From: Mobula hypostoma | Lineage: Eukaryota | Assembly: GCF_963921235.1 (NCBI RefSeq) | Contig: NC_086123.1 | Span: 11,284,001 to 11,348,000 of the forward strand | DNA: 64,000 bases | Direction of reading: 5' to 3' | Shown: one piece after another, positions 24,436 through 37,699 of the stretch | How the letters are laid out: every line of letters begins with the position of its first letter | How positions within the stretch are numbered: position 1 is the first letter of the stretch | Made by a program: the position numbers and the translations under genes | The notes under the pieces: generated by a model | Databases searched by the model: none | Seen by the model: the letters and a program-made list of their open reading frames with translations, nothing else | What the model was told of the DNA's origin: nothing

Positions 24436-24759
24436 TGTCTCTCTATGCAATTTATTGTTAGGCTAGATTTCTGGATTATGGTGTAGGACAAAAATGACTG
24501 ACTTGGGTGTGGCAGGGAATGATGATGGTGATGGGAGATAGAGAATGAATGTCTTAACAAATAATAATAGGTCTATGTCTTTCAGCAGTAAATCCAGGAA
24601 ATGTTTCTACATGGAAAAGACAGCAGAAATTTGGAATTCTTCTTCATACAGTAAATAACATTCATTAAGTAGTTAATTTTAACCCTGGAATTGATAAGAC
24701 ATTTGCTTTTCTCTTTCAAAATCTTGAACACTGTTAAACAGTGGGCAGGCCAACAGATG

Positions 24760-25240
24760 TTATACAGCCTGCCCATTGCAGGTCTCACCATTGGACCAGA
24801 GGCCTGTTTCATGACTGTGGTTCCCAACCAGCTGGCTTGGTTCTTGGGCTCTCCAGGAGATCCATGCCCTCTCTGTCGCTGCAGTAAGTTGCTCCATCAC
24901 CCTCACACCCGTCACAAGAGAGCTTGCCACAATTGGCGACAGGAGGTTGATCCTACATGAATCCCATTTTTTGAAACCGTATTCAAGGGTGATCTGCAAT
25001 ATGTCTCAAAACCAAATGCGGGGCATTACCACGTGGAGAGCTTTTGGTGTCCCTTGCTTCCTGCTTCCTTTCTCCTTGGTTGGCCATAGCTTTCAGAGTG
25101 TGAGGTTCTTTGAGTTCTTGATGCTCACTGGCTTAAGCAGCCAGAGGTGATTTTTTACAACCATGGTGGGACTGGCCATCTGACAAAGCAGGAAGTATCT
25201 TTTGAGTGCTGATCCTGACACCAGCATTCATCTTGCAAGC
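24760..25240 (-). mobile_element. Very old RTE LINE C-terminal region
   Basis: Minus-strand GRKQ/GTPK-like and W..IN..W.....VR motifs resembling RTE ORF ends; many stops. Confidence 0.35.
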
Positions 25241-25274
25241 CTACATGAATTTTTGTCGATGTAAGATACAACCA

Positions 25275-25375
25275 GCAAATGCTGGGAACGTTCAACAGGT
25301 CAGGGAGCATCTGTGAAAAGAAAAGCAATTAATGTTTCTTCAAAAGAGTCTTTGACCTGAAACGTTAATTGTTTT
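25275..25375. mobile_element. Degenerate PLE palindromic relic
   Basis: AAATGCTGGGAACGTTCAACAGGTCAGGGAGCATCTGTG..AATTAATGTTTC / GACCTGAAACGTTAATTG inverted core. Confidence 0.55.
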
Positions 25376-26724
25376 TTAACATAAGCTTATGGGCGAAGGC
25401 AGGATTTTATAGATTAGTCTCTAATCAGGCTTGATGTCGTTAACTGGATATACAGGCTCAAAGGGACAATTGACTACTCTTGCTTCTATGTTTTTCCAAA
25501 GGGACAAATCATATTTTTAAAGAAGGCCTTTTATATATATCCCCAAAACCCCCTTGCGATATCAATCTGGTTCCATGCTCAATATCATTTAGTAACTACC
25601 TGCACAGACAGAAACAAGTTCAGCTTCCCGTTGAAAGGATTTGGTGAAATGGCAATGAACACAGGAGCATATTGCTGTTCCAGAGGATAAATGTTTCTGC
25701 TAACATTCAAGACATAACTCTGTTTCTTGTTGCTATTGAATACTTGCTGTTTTGAACTTTTGCTTCCATCTGAAATGGTTTTACTGAATCCTAACGAAAT
25801 CCGTCAAGGCTTTGGAGCTAGACAGTGTTTTCTCATTTTAAACCAAAGCTCTGCTCTATGTCAAATAAGTGAAAGAGAAAACAGAAGCAGCCAGGACCCA
25901 AACCTGAAACAATACCACCATCTCTAATATCAGCCTTTCACTGTGACGGAGAATCCAACCTTATATATTATCCCTTTCTCTCATCACCACGTCCCTGTTT
26001 CCTTAACATTGTGACATTACCCACACCCCCCACCACCATCTCAAGTGAACCTCTTTCCTCTTGCCCTGTTTCATTATCCATTAACCTTTTGCCCTGAAGG
26101 AAACTATGGGATTAAGAATGGCCTGAATTTTGAGTGTGCATCTCTCGGATCAGCAAACAGCATCACTGTGGAGGTGAAGCTAAATTTTATGTGAACATCC
26201 GCATAGAGACACAAGCACTCTGGGACTCCTGAGCACTTCTTCATTGGTCATCCCTGAACTTGTAGGTAAGATAGAACAGGAATAAGCCCCTTGGCCCTTA
26301 ACGCTTTTGCCGACCATGATGTCAGTCCAAGCTAAATCTACCTGCCTGTGCATGGTCTACATCACTCCATTCCCTTCCAATTTATATGCCTGTTGATATG
26401 CCTGTTTAAACACATGCCTTTTAAATATTAATATCGTTAAAATGACCTTCGTACATCCATAGAAGCATATCATATGGAAGTCAGCCAACCATCAACCAAT
26501 CCTATATTGATTCCAGTGTTTATTCTTCCTATATTCCCATCTACTCCCCCTCAGTTTCCACCACTCAGTCACACACTGGTACAATTTATCAGAATCAGTT
26601 TTAATATCACCGGCATATGTTGTGAAATTTGTTGTCTTTGCGGCAGCAGGACAATGCAATACATAATAATAGAGAATAAAACAGAGAATTACAGTGAGTG
26701 TATATATATATATATAATATAGTT

Positions 26725-27130
26725 GTTGTTGTTGTTCATCCTTCGTAGTCGAAGATGACCATGGCTTCAAAGTCAAATGGGAGATTGGTGGCTGTGGGTC
26801 TGGAGGTGACTGATGAGGCCAATCTGGGCCCTGAAGTCTCGCCCACATGTGGGACACAAGTGGGTGGGTGCTGTCATGGCAGTGGATGCTGCTCGGGCCT
26901 TGCGCACAGCACGCTTTCATTGCGCCTCGATGATGCGCCTGACTTCAGCTGCACGGGCTCCTGTGGTGATCTTGCTGCGCCAAGCTGGATGGTCGAGGGC
27001 AAGCGTCTCCCACGTGTTGATGTCGACACCTAGGCCTTTGAGGGACGCTTTCAGGCAGTCTTTGTAACGTCTTTTCTGCCCCCCGACTGAACGCTTGCCC
27101 TGACACAGTTCTCCGTACAGCAGCTTTTTG
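26725..27130 (-). mobile_element. RTE-clade LINE 3' end
   Basis: KKLLYGELCQGKRSVGGQKRRYKDCLKASLK..IN TWETLALDHPAWRS, then the C-terminal CPTCGRDF..IGLISHLQTH zinc finger; (CAA)n tail. Confidence 0.95.
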
Positions 27131-27440
27131 TGTGGGCACGTGGCCAAGTGGTTAAGGCATTGGACTAGCGACCTGAAGGTTGTAAGTTCGAGCCCCAGCG
27201 GAGGCAACATGTTGTGTCCTTGAGCAAGGCACTCAATCACACATTGCTCTGCGACGACACTAGTGCCAAGCTGTATGGGTCCTAATGCCCTTCCCTTGGA
27301 CAACATTGGTCTCGTGGAGAGACTTGCAGCATGGGCAACTGCCGGTCTTCCATACAACCTTGCCCAGGCCTGTGCCCTGGAGAGTGAAGACTTTCCAGGC
27401 GCAGATCCATGGTCTCGCAAGACTAACAAATGCCTCCTCC
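27131..27440 (+). mobile_element. tRNA-derived SINE with RTE-type 3' end
   Basis: A box TGGCCAAGTGG, B box GTTCGAGCCC, GTGTCCTTGAGCAAGGCACT core, 3' ATCCATGGTCTCGCAAGACTAAC. Confidence 0.88.
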
Positions 27441-29012
27441 TAATATAGTTACATTCAGTAAGTATTGCAAAAATAAAAATAACGAAAGTAGTGAGGGGGT
27501 TCATGGGTTTAATGTCCATTCAGAAATCAGATGGCAGAGGGAAAGATTCTGTTTCTGAATCATTGAGTACATGCATTTGGACTCCTGTACCTCCTTCCTG
27601 ATGGTAGCAATGAGAACAGGGCATGTCCTTAATGATTTACAGTGGTCAAATGGCTTACCAAACCACAGTTTGTTGGGATGTGAGAAGAAACTGGAACACC
27701 GAGACAAATCTCACACTATCGCATGGCGAAGAGCACTGAACGGATGCTGTGAGCCGATGGCTCTGTCATCTGAACCGCTGCAGCAACCCTCAAATAAGAT
27801 GATTTCATTAAATACTTGAGCATTATTCTTTATTCCCTGGCGTGCCTATAATTAATCTAGATCACACTATACAAGATTGTGGCCCTGTGCTAAGAATAAA
27901 ATAGTCATGGGGGCTGCCAATATCTTCAGTGTGAAAATATTGTCTTTCTAATTGTACTATCTAAATTTTATTGCATCAGAAGAGTTAATATTAAAATAAT
28001 AAGTTATAGTTAGCGTTAGTTTTTCTTTTCATTGCTTCCAATCTAGTCAGATAGGTACTCGTTCTATTCTGTGTCACAGCCAGCCAATTTTATACATAAT
28101 AGTTCTAAAGCATGCATGTATACACCCACACACTTCACACATCATACACAGATCACCCATTCATGTGAACACTCATACCCACAACTTGAGGGTGATAAAA
28201 ACATGGTTAAATTTCTGGGTTTTCTTGATCTACTTAAACACGAACAGGTTTTAACTGAAAGACATACGACCTTGATCAAATATAAGACTGAAGAGTTTGG
28301 AATGAACAAATAGACAATTTCTTTGATAATGTCAAATGGCATCAATTGCACACAAATGCCTTTGTGCCATATTCTGCTGTAGACCACACACAACATCTAA
28401 GGAGGTTGTAAGCAGCCTGAGGACCTCTTGAACTGTGAAGTTTGTGTCTTGTTTTGGAAAACAATCTCTGGAAAAGTCTTTCAAAAGAACTTTTGCACAG
28501 TTACTTTCTTTCATTTGTTCTTACAAAAGTTTCCAGTGTTTTAACGTTTTGTTTTTATTTAAATACAGTGCAGATTGTAACCTTTCAACGATGGAAAATT
28601 CTTAAATATTCAAGCACTCGAACTGATAATGAAGATAATTTTCGAGACACAATATACATTTCATTAGCCACATTATGTCTGAATTAATGAAATAAATCCG
28701 CTGAAATGTATGTTTGTTAGACATCAACATTAATTTGGATATGGGCTTAATAGCCTAATAACCAAAATTCACAATCAGGACTCATTAGCATTAGTGCCAC
28801 TATACTCTGTCCTATTAGCCCTGGGCTTCTATTTAATACCTATCCTGATAATGTTCTTTTCTATTCATTAGATGTGAACATGACATTGAAGCATTAATGA
28901 GCAAACTGAAAAGCTGACAGTGTTGGCTTGCTAAGCCTTTATGAAAATATAAATGCAACAACGAATATTGGCATTTTAACAATGCATAGGAGGAACAAGA
29001 ATTCCAGTTACA

Positions 29013-29276
29013 TTCACTTCCAAGGACTCCTCATCTCATGTTCTTGGAATTTATTGCTTAGTTGTTTATTACTATTATTTTTTTTCTTCTTTATATTTGC
29101 ATAGTTTGTTTTCTTTTGTACCTTGGTTGTTTGTCTGTCCTGCTGCGGTCTTCCATTGATTCTATTATGTTACTTGGATTTACTGAGTATGCCCGCAAGT
29201 AAACTAAAACAAGTCTCAAGGTTGTATATGGTGACACATACAGTATGTACTTTGATAATAAATTTTTTGAACTTTG
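29013..29276 (+). mobile_element. Rex1-type LINE 3' UTR
   Basis: Same tail as 1355-1601. Confidence 0.7.
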
Positions 29277-29456
29277 CACTTTGTGTTTGATCAGCTCTAA
29301 GTAATTCAATTTATTTCAATTATTGGTTGCAACGTTAAGTGAGATGAAAATTACATAAAAAGATATATGAGGTTATTAACTTCTTACCTATATCAGATTT
29401 GATTTAAAAAAACATATTAGAATGTTTTATTTGCAAAATATATTTATTGTTGAGTG

Positions 29457-29810
29457 TCATAGAAAAATAAAAAACCTACAGCACAATACAGGCTCTTTGG
29501 CCCACAAAGCTCTGCTGAACATGTATGTACATTAGAAATTACCTAGGGTTACCCTTAGCCCTCTATTTTTCTAAGCTCCATGTACCTATCCAGGAGTCTC
29601 CTCAAAGACCCTATTGTATCCACCTCTACCACCATCACCGGCAGCCCGTTTCACGCACTCACCTCTCTCTGCGTAAAATACTTACCCCTGACGTCTCCCC
29701 TGTACCTTCTTCCAAGCACCTTAAAACTGTGCCCTCTCGGGTTAGCCATTTCAGCCCTGGGAAAAAGCCTCTGACTATCCACACGATCAATGCCTCTCAT
29801 CATCTTATAA
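29457..29810 (-). mobile_element. CR1 LINE 3' end
   Basis: Minus strand YKMMRGIDRVDSQRLFPRAEMAN.RGHSFKVLG.RYRGDVRGK; GGCCCACA tail stem. Confidence 0.92.
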
Positions 29811-30330
29811 ACATTACAGTCATTCTGTTATAGTTTTCTTTTAGCCATATGTGTTATAAATAATAGTGGACTTTTTCTGAGGGGTCTTTAGAATTACACT
29901 CTTTGATTTTAGGTTAATTCCCTAGAATTCAGCCAAATTGGGGGTGTTTTTTGTTGCATATTGAGCTTTTAAAACTGTCAGTTGGTCATTCAAGGTGATT
30001 GTTGACTTTAAAAGACTGTGAAATGAAAAATACTTCTCTCCTTATGTGAAAAGCAATGCCTCCCTCACTCCTATTATTATTTACTTAGAGAGCTTGCCAG
30101 GATTTTGTAGCTTAAGGAGTGGTTGATATGCAAGCTTCGTTTAAAGTGCTCCTTTTTTGGATTCTGGAAGGCTGGTGTGGAAAGGCTGCACCCACCACAT
30201 TTACCCTGCTATGTCCCACTCCTCTACCTTAGTGGGGTCGATACTGATTTGTGCAATAATATCAATTGAGTGATAGCCAGTTGTCAGCCACTTCATATAC
30301 TGAATCCCAAACAGGTTACTCCCTTCCGAT

Positions 30331-30640
30331 GTGTTGTGACTATGAACAATAAATGATGCTGAAGCTAGTGGATATAGAAAGCTTTATTCGGCAAAACGAG
30401 CAGCAGGCATCATACTTGAGACACTCTTGGAAGAAGAGGCCTGCCTGACCCAATATTACACGACATTTTTATATGCTAAAGATCAAAGGTAACACTAGAA
30501 CAATTCTATAGTTACAAATGTACCTACAATGCTTCCTTTGAATTACATATAATTTTCAAACACCTCCCTCTTCACACCCATAATCCAGAAACCCAAGATG
30601 AATATTTAGTCAGCATTGTCTCTCTCTAGCTGAATTCATG
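30331..30640 (-). mobile_element. Partial LTR-like sequence
   Basis: Ends ..CA on the minus strand, with AATAAA and TATAAAA in LTR order; second boundary and TSD not found. Confidence 0.4.
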
Positions 30641-30708
30641 CTATCCTATTTTGCATTAATTTTTCCTGAAACCTATTCTCCCTAGGATTCTATCAACTAA
30701 CCACTCTC

Positions 30709-31075
30709 TTTCTTTCTTTTTAAATCTTTTTATTAAATAAGTATACAAAGGGTATACCATAAAGGCACTAATACACTGTTAGAAATTACAGGAGATATTA
30801 ATACAGAAGAAAAAATTGATACAAACAGTGCAATCTAAACATAAAATAATATAGTAAAATAATAGTATACTGATTTATATATATATATATATATCAATAG
30901 AGAAAAGGAAGAAAAAATCCCAAAAAAAGACCCCAAAAAAAACCCACCGTGCAACTAAACTAAAAGCAAAGCAAAGCAATGGGCTAACTTGGTAACAGGT
31001 AGAGTTAAAGAACTTAAAATCATGTCCTCAAACCCGACCTCCATTAAAAACAGTTAAAAAAAAAGGCAAGAAGGG
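30709..31075 (-). mobile_element. L1/Tx1-type 3' UTR insertion inside an HE1/V-SINE-like SINE (30650-31265)
   Basis: AATAAA plus A-rich tail on the minus strand; perfect 14-bp TSD AACTAACCACTCTC at 30695-30708 and 31076-31089. Confidence 0.8.
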
Positions 31076-31660
31076 AACTAACCACTCTCATCCAGATTCC
31101 ATGACTCACCTGCACGCCACAGCAATTTATAGAGAGAATTAATCTATCAACCTGCATGTCTTTGCAACGTAGGAGGAAGCATATGTGGTTAAGAGGAGAA
31201 CATACAAATTCCATACTGACATCACCCGAGGTTAACTGGATCTGTAAGGCAAATGCTCTAGTGATTATAACATTTCACATAGTGAGCTGTATCAATGGCA
31301 AATCTTGTAACATTGCTTGTGTTTGCAATTTAGTTGAAGGCTAACCACCATACAAGTTTATTGAAACCACCATGTTAGTAATCAAGGGCAGCGATGCATC
31401 TTCAGAGATGTTTCCAGAAAGTGAAAAATGTGCGCTACTGGCAGTGTGCATTGGATATCTCAGGCTGCTGGCGAAAGTAAGGAAAATTGCAAAGACACAG
31501 AAAAAATATGGAAGGCCTTCCTTCAGCTAAAATAAGCCTAGCTTGCATTGTCGTGGATTAAGTTGTCACTCAGTGATGGGAGCTGTAGATGTAACGAGCT
31601 GTTACTTGGTTAAGAACGCAGGACTGTTCTGTTGAGATCCTTCTCAAGAGTTATGAATAC

Positions 31661-32901
31661 TGGTAATGATGAGTTTGAGTACAGAGAGGAAATTAAGAAC
31701 CTGGTGCCATGGTGCGAAAACAATAACCTATCCCTCAACGTCAGCAAGATGAAGGAATTGGTTGTTGACTTCAGAAGGAGTAGCGGACCACACGACCCAA
31801 TTTACATCGGTGGTACACAAGTGGAACAAGTCAAAAGCTTTAAGTTCCTTGGGGTCAATATAACAAGTGACCTGACTTGGTCCAACCAAGCAGAGTCCAC
31901 TGCCAAGAAGGCCCACCAGCGCCTTTACTTCCTGAGAAAACTAAAGAAATTTGGCCTGTCCCCTAAAACCCTCACTAATTTTTATAGATGCACTGTAGAA
32001 AGCATTCTTCTAGGGTGCATCACAACCTGGTATGGAAGTTGTCCTGTCGAAGACCGAAAGGAGCTGCAGAAGATCATGAACACGGCACAGCACATCACAC
32101 AAACCAATCTTCCGTCTGTGGACTCACTTTACACCGCACGCTGTCGGAGCAGTGCTGCCAGGATAATCAAGGACACGACCCACCCAGCCAACACACTTTT
32201 CGTCCCTCTTCCCTTCAGGAGAAGACTCAGGAGCTTGAAGACTCGTACGGCCAGATTTGGGAACAGCTTCTTTCCATCTGTGATTCAAGATTCAAAGATT
32301 CAAAAAACTTTATTGTCATTCTGACCATACATCAGCTCTACAGGGCAGAATGAGACAGCGTTTCTCAGGGGCAGTGCAATCATAACATAACAAATGCAAC
32401 ACTAAATAATGAACATAACAATAAATAGTAAAACACAACAGCCACATGTCAGTTAAAATCAGTTATAAGTGTCCAGTGCAAGTTAAAAGTGTCCAAAGCA
32501 GAGTCAGGTGGAACAGCTATTTAGCAGTCTGACTGCCTGTGGGAGGAAGCTGTTTAGTAGCCTTGTGGTTTTAGTTTTGATGCTCCTGTAACGTTTGCCT
32601 AATGGCAGAAGAACGAACAGTTCATGGAGAGGGTGTGAGGGGTCTTTAATGATGTAGATAAGACTGCTGAACGGATTCTGACCCAGATCTGGGCCGTACC
32701 CTCCAAATATCCGGACCTGCCTCTCAGTTTTTTTTGCACTACCTTACTTTCTATTTTTCTATTTTCTATTTATGATTTATAATTTAAATTTTCAATATTT
32801 ACTATCAATTTGTAATCCAGGGAGCCGGAAGCACAGAATCAAATATCGCTGTGATGATTGTACGTTCTATTATCAATTGTTTGGCAACAATAAAGTATAA
32901 A
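31661..32901 (+). mobile_element. 5'-truncated Rex1/Babar-type LINE, interrupted by an antisense LINE tail (32283-32655)
   Basis: ORF 31632..32324 DEFEYREEIKNLVPWCENNNLSLNVSKMKELVVDFRR..FKFLG..KKAHQRLYFLRKL. The coding frame resumes at 32657 (ATAAGACTGCTGAACGG); AATAAAGTATAAA tail. Confidence 0.95.
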
Positions 32902-34820
32902 GAGTTAGAGTACATAGTATTTCACACACTTGAAACAGTGACAACAATTGCCATCGAACAAATATGGATATCACCTTGACTGGATGGGTAACCATTCAAC
33001 CCTTCCCATTGACATGTACACAAGCCTGAGAAAGGGAGCAGGCACCCCTTGTATCTTGATGGGACCACATGCTTATATATAATTATGTTGGTGGGCTCAT
33101 TCATAACCTAATTGCCTATTGATCTTCATCTTTATTTTGCCTACGTTCCTAGTTAAGGCTCCAATATAGATTGTATTCACACATGGACTGGCATCTTTTA
33201 CCCTGACTGAATAAAATCCATTGTCTCTAGCTGAAGGACTCCACACTAAGGGACCAAGCACCCTTAGTGGGGAGTTAAGTAATAGTCAGGCAAATGGGAC
33301 TAACTCAGATGGGAATCTTTGTTGGCATGGACCAATTAGTTGGTCTGAAGAGCCTGTTTTTCTGCTGTTGGATACTATGACTATAAACACCTCACCCTGA
33401 CTGCACACGCATGCACATACACGTGCACACCTCACGGCATTAACAGCCCTTCCCAGGTCTTTGCTGGCAACTCCGATACAGAATCAAAATCAGGTTTTTT
33501 TTTAATCACCAGCATGTGTTGTGAAATTTGATAACTTAGCAGCAGCAGTTCAATGCAATGCATAATATAGAAAGAAAATGAAATAATAATAATAAATAAT
33601 AAATCCTTCAATAGTTCTGAGGCTAAAGTTTCCATTCTAACCCTTTTCAGCAAAAGTTTATGATTTGGTTGGGAGCTATTCCAGTTCCTCTTCAGTCAGC
33701 TACTTCTCCATCCAAGCCTTATAATGTACTGCTGAAGTTCACCGGTCAATAACAGAAGATGCTTAGGTCGAGGGTTTCCAATAGGGAAGACAAAAGAGAA
33801 CCATTTTCAAACAATTTTATTAATACCTGGCCTTGACCATGACCTGTAGCAGTGAAGCTGAATACTTCATGGAGTCACCCAGATCAAGGAGCAATACAGC
33901 TGCATTCAAGTTAATTCAGCTCATTGACTGCTAAAGTGTGGGCTCAGAAAATGTTGTCTTTGGCCTAGAAATCTACAGAACACATTCAACATTTCAAGGG
34001 ACAGGAATGGGATTTTGAAAGCAATAATGGAACTTTAGTACTGAGAATTAGATGACATCTGTAATTTACTTCACAATGACATGGAAGTGAATTTTCTATG
34101 ATTGTAAAGCAGAGCATATGAATGTAAATAAACTTACTATTGGCTTGGTGTTAGGGTGCAATTATATTACTACTTCACAGAAATGGCCACAAGGTAGAAT
34201 TTCCAAGTGTTATGCTGATGTGTTAGATATTTGATGTGAAATTGGCAGAAACACTGCTTCTGGCCATTCATGTTTTTTTTGTGTTGTTCCACCTCCCACT
34301 CGCTTTAAAACCCTTGTAGAAATACCAGACACACCTTCTCCCAAAGTCCCGTCAAGTCCTGACCTGACTCTGTTTATTAAGAGTATCTGAAGGCTTATGG
34401 TGCTGGCCCAGGTTAAAAGGTGCTTAGAGGTTCCTTTGTTCCAGAATCACTTTTACTGAAATGGTTTAACCTCTACCTGCAAGCCTATTGCATTGTGAAT
34501 ATCTTGCCTGGGAGTAGAGTGCATTCTGTAAGCCCAAGATTTTTCAGGAACTTGGATTGAGCAGCACATGGAAGGAACTGTTATTTGCAATCTTTGTAAC
34601 TTATAAAATGTAAGACGTCTACTTGTTTTCATAGGGAGAAAGTAACCCAAGGCAAAATAATATAAAGTATAATCCTTCATGGATTAGATGACATGACAGA
34701 CCCTCAGTGATTAAAGGATAGTTTATCACAGCCACAGTACAATGGCAAACAAGCAACTAGTTAAAATGTGGATTACCTTTATAACAGTGTAATGACTTGC
34801 ATTCAGCAGAGACCCTGAAT

Positions 34821-34898
34821 CAGGGCACAGCCTTTTTTATGCCATGGACCAATACCGTCAAGCAAGGGGGTCCATGAACCCCAAGCTGGGAACCCCTG
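34821..34898. mobile_element. ~80-bp hAT-like MITE, copy 1
   Basis: CAGGG...CCTTTTTTATGCCATGGACC / GTCCATGAACCCCAAGCTGGGAACCCCTG; second copy at 47436. Confidence 0.6.
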
Positions 34899-35548
34899 CT
34901 CTAAAGGGTCAGATCCAACCCGATTTTTTTTTTGAATTTTCACAGAAATTATTTCTCACCACATCACCTTGTGTTGAGAGCCCTGTCCTTACTCCTGTTT
35001 TCCTAGTGGAACAGACTTCCAGGAGATATGGGACAATATTGCAAGTTAAGGCTGCCCCTGTGCAATACATGGATCAGGTTTCAATGAGAAGGAGTTACCT
35101 AAGTATGCTAACTAGTAAAGTAGTAATTGGTCAAGAAGAGTACATCAAGGACTGTTGATGCATTGGCAACTGTTTCTGATCAGTATCAGCAGATATTCAA
35201 TGCACACTGCTCAATCCGCAGTGGATATTGAACCAAGTTACAGGCTGCACTGGGCTTGCCGGGGTTGGGGGTATTGCAGAGTAAGTTTTTAGATTAATCA
35301 CAGTCACTAAGGAATTATAGAGTACTTTGATAATATTTGAAGACGGGCAGCGTTCCAGGCAGATAGAATCCAATAAAGCTATGTGCTCAGACAGAAACAG
35401 AAGGAAAGCCATGAGCTTAATTTAACATTCATTTATCAATGAGTGCATCATTACCAATGTCAACATTACCCATCCTAATTTCTACTAATGGAGAGTTAGC
35501 TATGGGCTGCTGCTTTAAAGTCATATATGGGACTAATCTATTCAGGAT

Positions 35549-35875
35549 AGAACATAGAACATAGAATAGTACAGCACAGTACAGGCCCTTCGGCCCACGT
35601 TGTTGTGCAGACCCTCAAAACCTTGCCTCCCACATAAACCCCCTCCTTAAATTCCTCCATATATCTGTCTCGTAGTCTCTTAAACTTCACTAGTGTATCT
35701 GCCTCCACCACTGACTCAGGCAGTGCATTCCACACACCAACCACTCTCTGAGTGAAAAACCTTCCTCTAATATCCCCCTTGAACTTCCCACCCCTTACCC
35801 TAAAGCCATGTCCTCTTGTATTGAGCAGTGGTGCCCTGGGGAAGAGGCGCTGGCTGTCCACTCTATCTATTCCTG
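35549..35875 (-). mobile_element. CR1 LINE 3' end (young subfamily)
   Basis: GIDRVDSQRLFPRAPLLNTRGHGF.VRGGKFKGDIRGRFFTQRVV; (TTCTATG)n tail; ~94% identical to 49747-50062. Confidence 0.95.
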
Positions 35876-36527
35876 TAAATATCTTGATGCATTTCTTTCC
35901 AGATGGGCTTTCATAACAAACTAACTGTTTGATGATCACAATTACTAAACTAGTTTATTTTTTGAAATAGTTCCAGTTTTATTAAGGTTTGCTAGTTGCT
36001 GTGGTATGATTTGGACTCATGTCTCCAGAACAATAGGGTAAATCTCTCAACACCTCTCCTAAAATTAATCCTCTATATTCCCACACCTCTGCCCTGTCCA
36101 AGTTCATGATTACTGTTGAACTAGGAGAGGCTGACTAAAACCTGGGAGTTAAAATAAACTCAATATAGATCATATTCAGTTGATACAAAGCGGCAAAGTT
36201 CAAAGCCAGCAGAATCCTGGGCTCACACACCATTTCAATAGAGTTGAAGAATACATTTATACTATAAAAGTAGCCTCGGAAAGAAGTCCTTTTACTTCAC
36301 ACTGCTGACACAGCTAAACAGCTTCAAGCCAAATCCAATATATGGGGCTAATGTGACAACTGAGTAAAGAATATGTGGATAAGCTAAGTACAAAGGGACA
36401 AGGAAATTTTGGAGTGTTTGTCCATGGACCTACAGATGTACAGGGATAGATTGTAAGGCTGAGGAATGAAATGAAAGGACAGACAAATCATGCCAGAACG
36501 CTGTAGAGTTCAGCTACATAACACTTT

Positions 36528-37322
36528 GTCAAGTCAAGTCACTTTTTATTGTCATTTCGACCATAACGGCTGGTACAGCACACAGTAAAAATGAGACAAC
36601 GTTTTTCAGGACCATGGTGTTACATGAACAATACAAAAACTACTCTGAACTACGTAAAACAACACAAAAACTACACTAGACTACAGACCTACCCAGGACT
36701 GCATACAGTGCACAAAACAGTGCAGGCATTACAATAAATAATAAACAAGACAATAGGCACAGTAGAGGGCAGTAGGTTGGTATCAGTCCAGGCTCTGGGT
36801 ATTGAGGAGTCTGATGGCTTGGGGGAAGAAACTGTTACATAGTCTGGTCGTGAGAGCCCGAATACTTTGGTGCCTTTTGCCAGATGGCAGGAGGGAGAAG
36901 AGTTTGTATGAGAGGTACGTGGGGTCCTTCATAATGCTGTTTGCTTTACGGATGCAGCATGTGGTGTAAATGTCTGTAATGGCGGGAAGAGAGACCCCGA
37001 TGATCTTCTCAGCTGACCTCACTATCCGCTGCAGGGTCTTGCGATCCGAGGTGGTGCAAATTCTGAACCAGGCAGTGATGCAGCTGCTCAGGATGCTCTC
37101 AGTACCACCTCTGTAGAATGTGGTGAGGATGGGGGGTGGGAGATGGACTTTTCTCAGCCTTCGCAGAAAGTAGAGACGCTGCTGGGCTTTCTTTGCTAAG
37201 GAGCTGGTGTTGAGGGACCAGGTGAGATTCTCCGCTAGGTGAACACCAAGAAATTTGGTGCTCTTGACGATCTCTACGGAGGAGTCGTCGATGTTCAGCG
37301 GAGAGTGGTCGCTCCGTGTCCT
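36528..37322 (-). mobile_element. Rex1/Babar-type LINE 3' fragment
   Basis: ORF 36783..37355 [53 protein letters not shown]; (GACTT)n tail. Confidence 0.95.
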
Positions 37323-37339
37323 CTGTGTTCCGTGTTGTT

Positions 37340-37515
37340 CTGTGTTGGTTATCACACTGCAGAAAAGATCTGATTGTAAAGGCAGAGAGAAGACTCACAA
37401 AAGGCTTGTCGGGAAGGAAAAATTGTAGCCATAAAGAACGTTTAGGTAGACTGGGGTTATTTTATTTGAAAGGGAGAAGGCTGACAGGAGACTTAATTGA
37501 ATTTTATGAAGGGAA
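37340..37515 (+). mobile_element. Degenerate CR1 fragment
   Basis: RRLTK..SG....[26 protein letters not shown]. Confidence 0.7.
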
Positions 37516-37699
37516 AATGGGCAAGAAACCTTCTTGTCCCCATACAATATGCTGGTGCGTCCTTCTCCAGCTGAATATAGACTTCAATATCATTACGAAC
37601 AAGTACACTTAGATCAGAACTCTATAACCCAAAGATATCTGAGTGATAGGACATTTATATAAATAGACATCTGATAAACATTTACATAGCAGAGAGACT

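Larger units (their letters stand above)
26460..27800 (-). mobile_element. Nested cluster: HE1/V-SINE-like SINE > Rex-type tail (26589-27635) > RTE+SINE chimera
   Basis: SINE pieces at 26460-26588 and 27633-27800 (GGGATGTGAGAAGAAACTGGAACACC); the (TCAGAA)n LINE tail starts at 26589 and resumes at 27441. Confidence 0.7.

Noticed and set aside
27131-27205. tRNA gene (also 4433-4502)
   Set aside because: A/B boxes continue into SINE bodies and RTE tails with no poly-T terminator; these are SINE heads.
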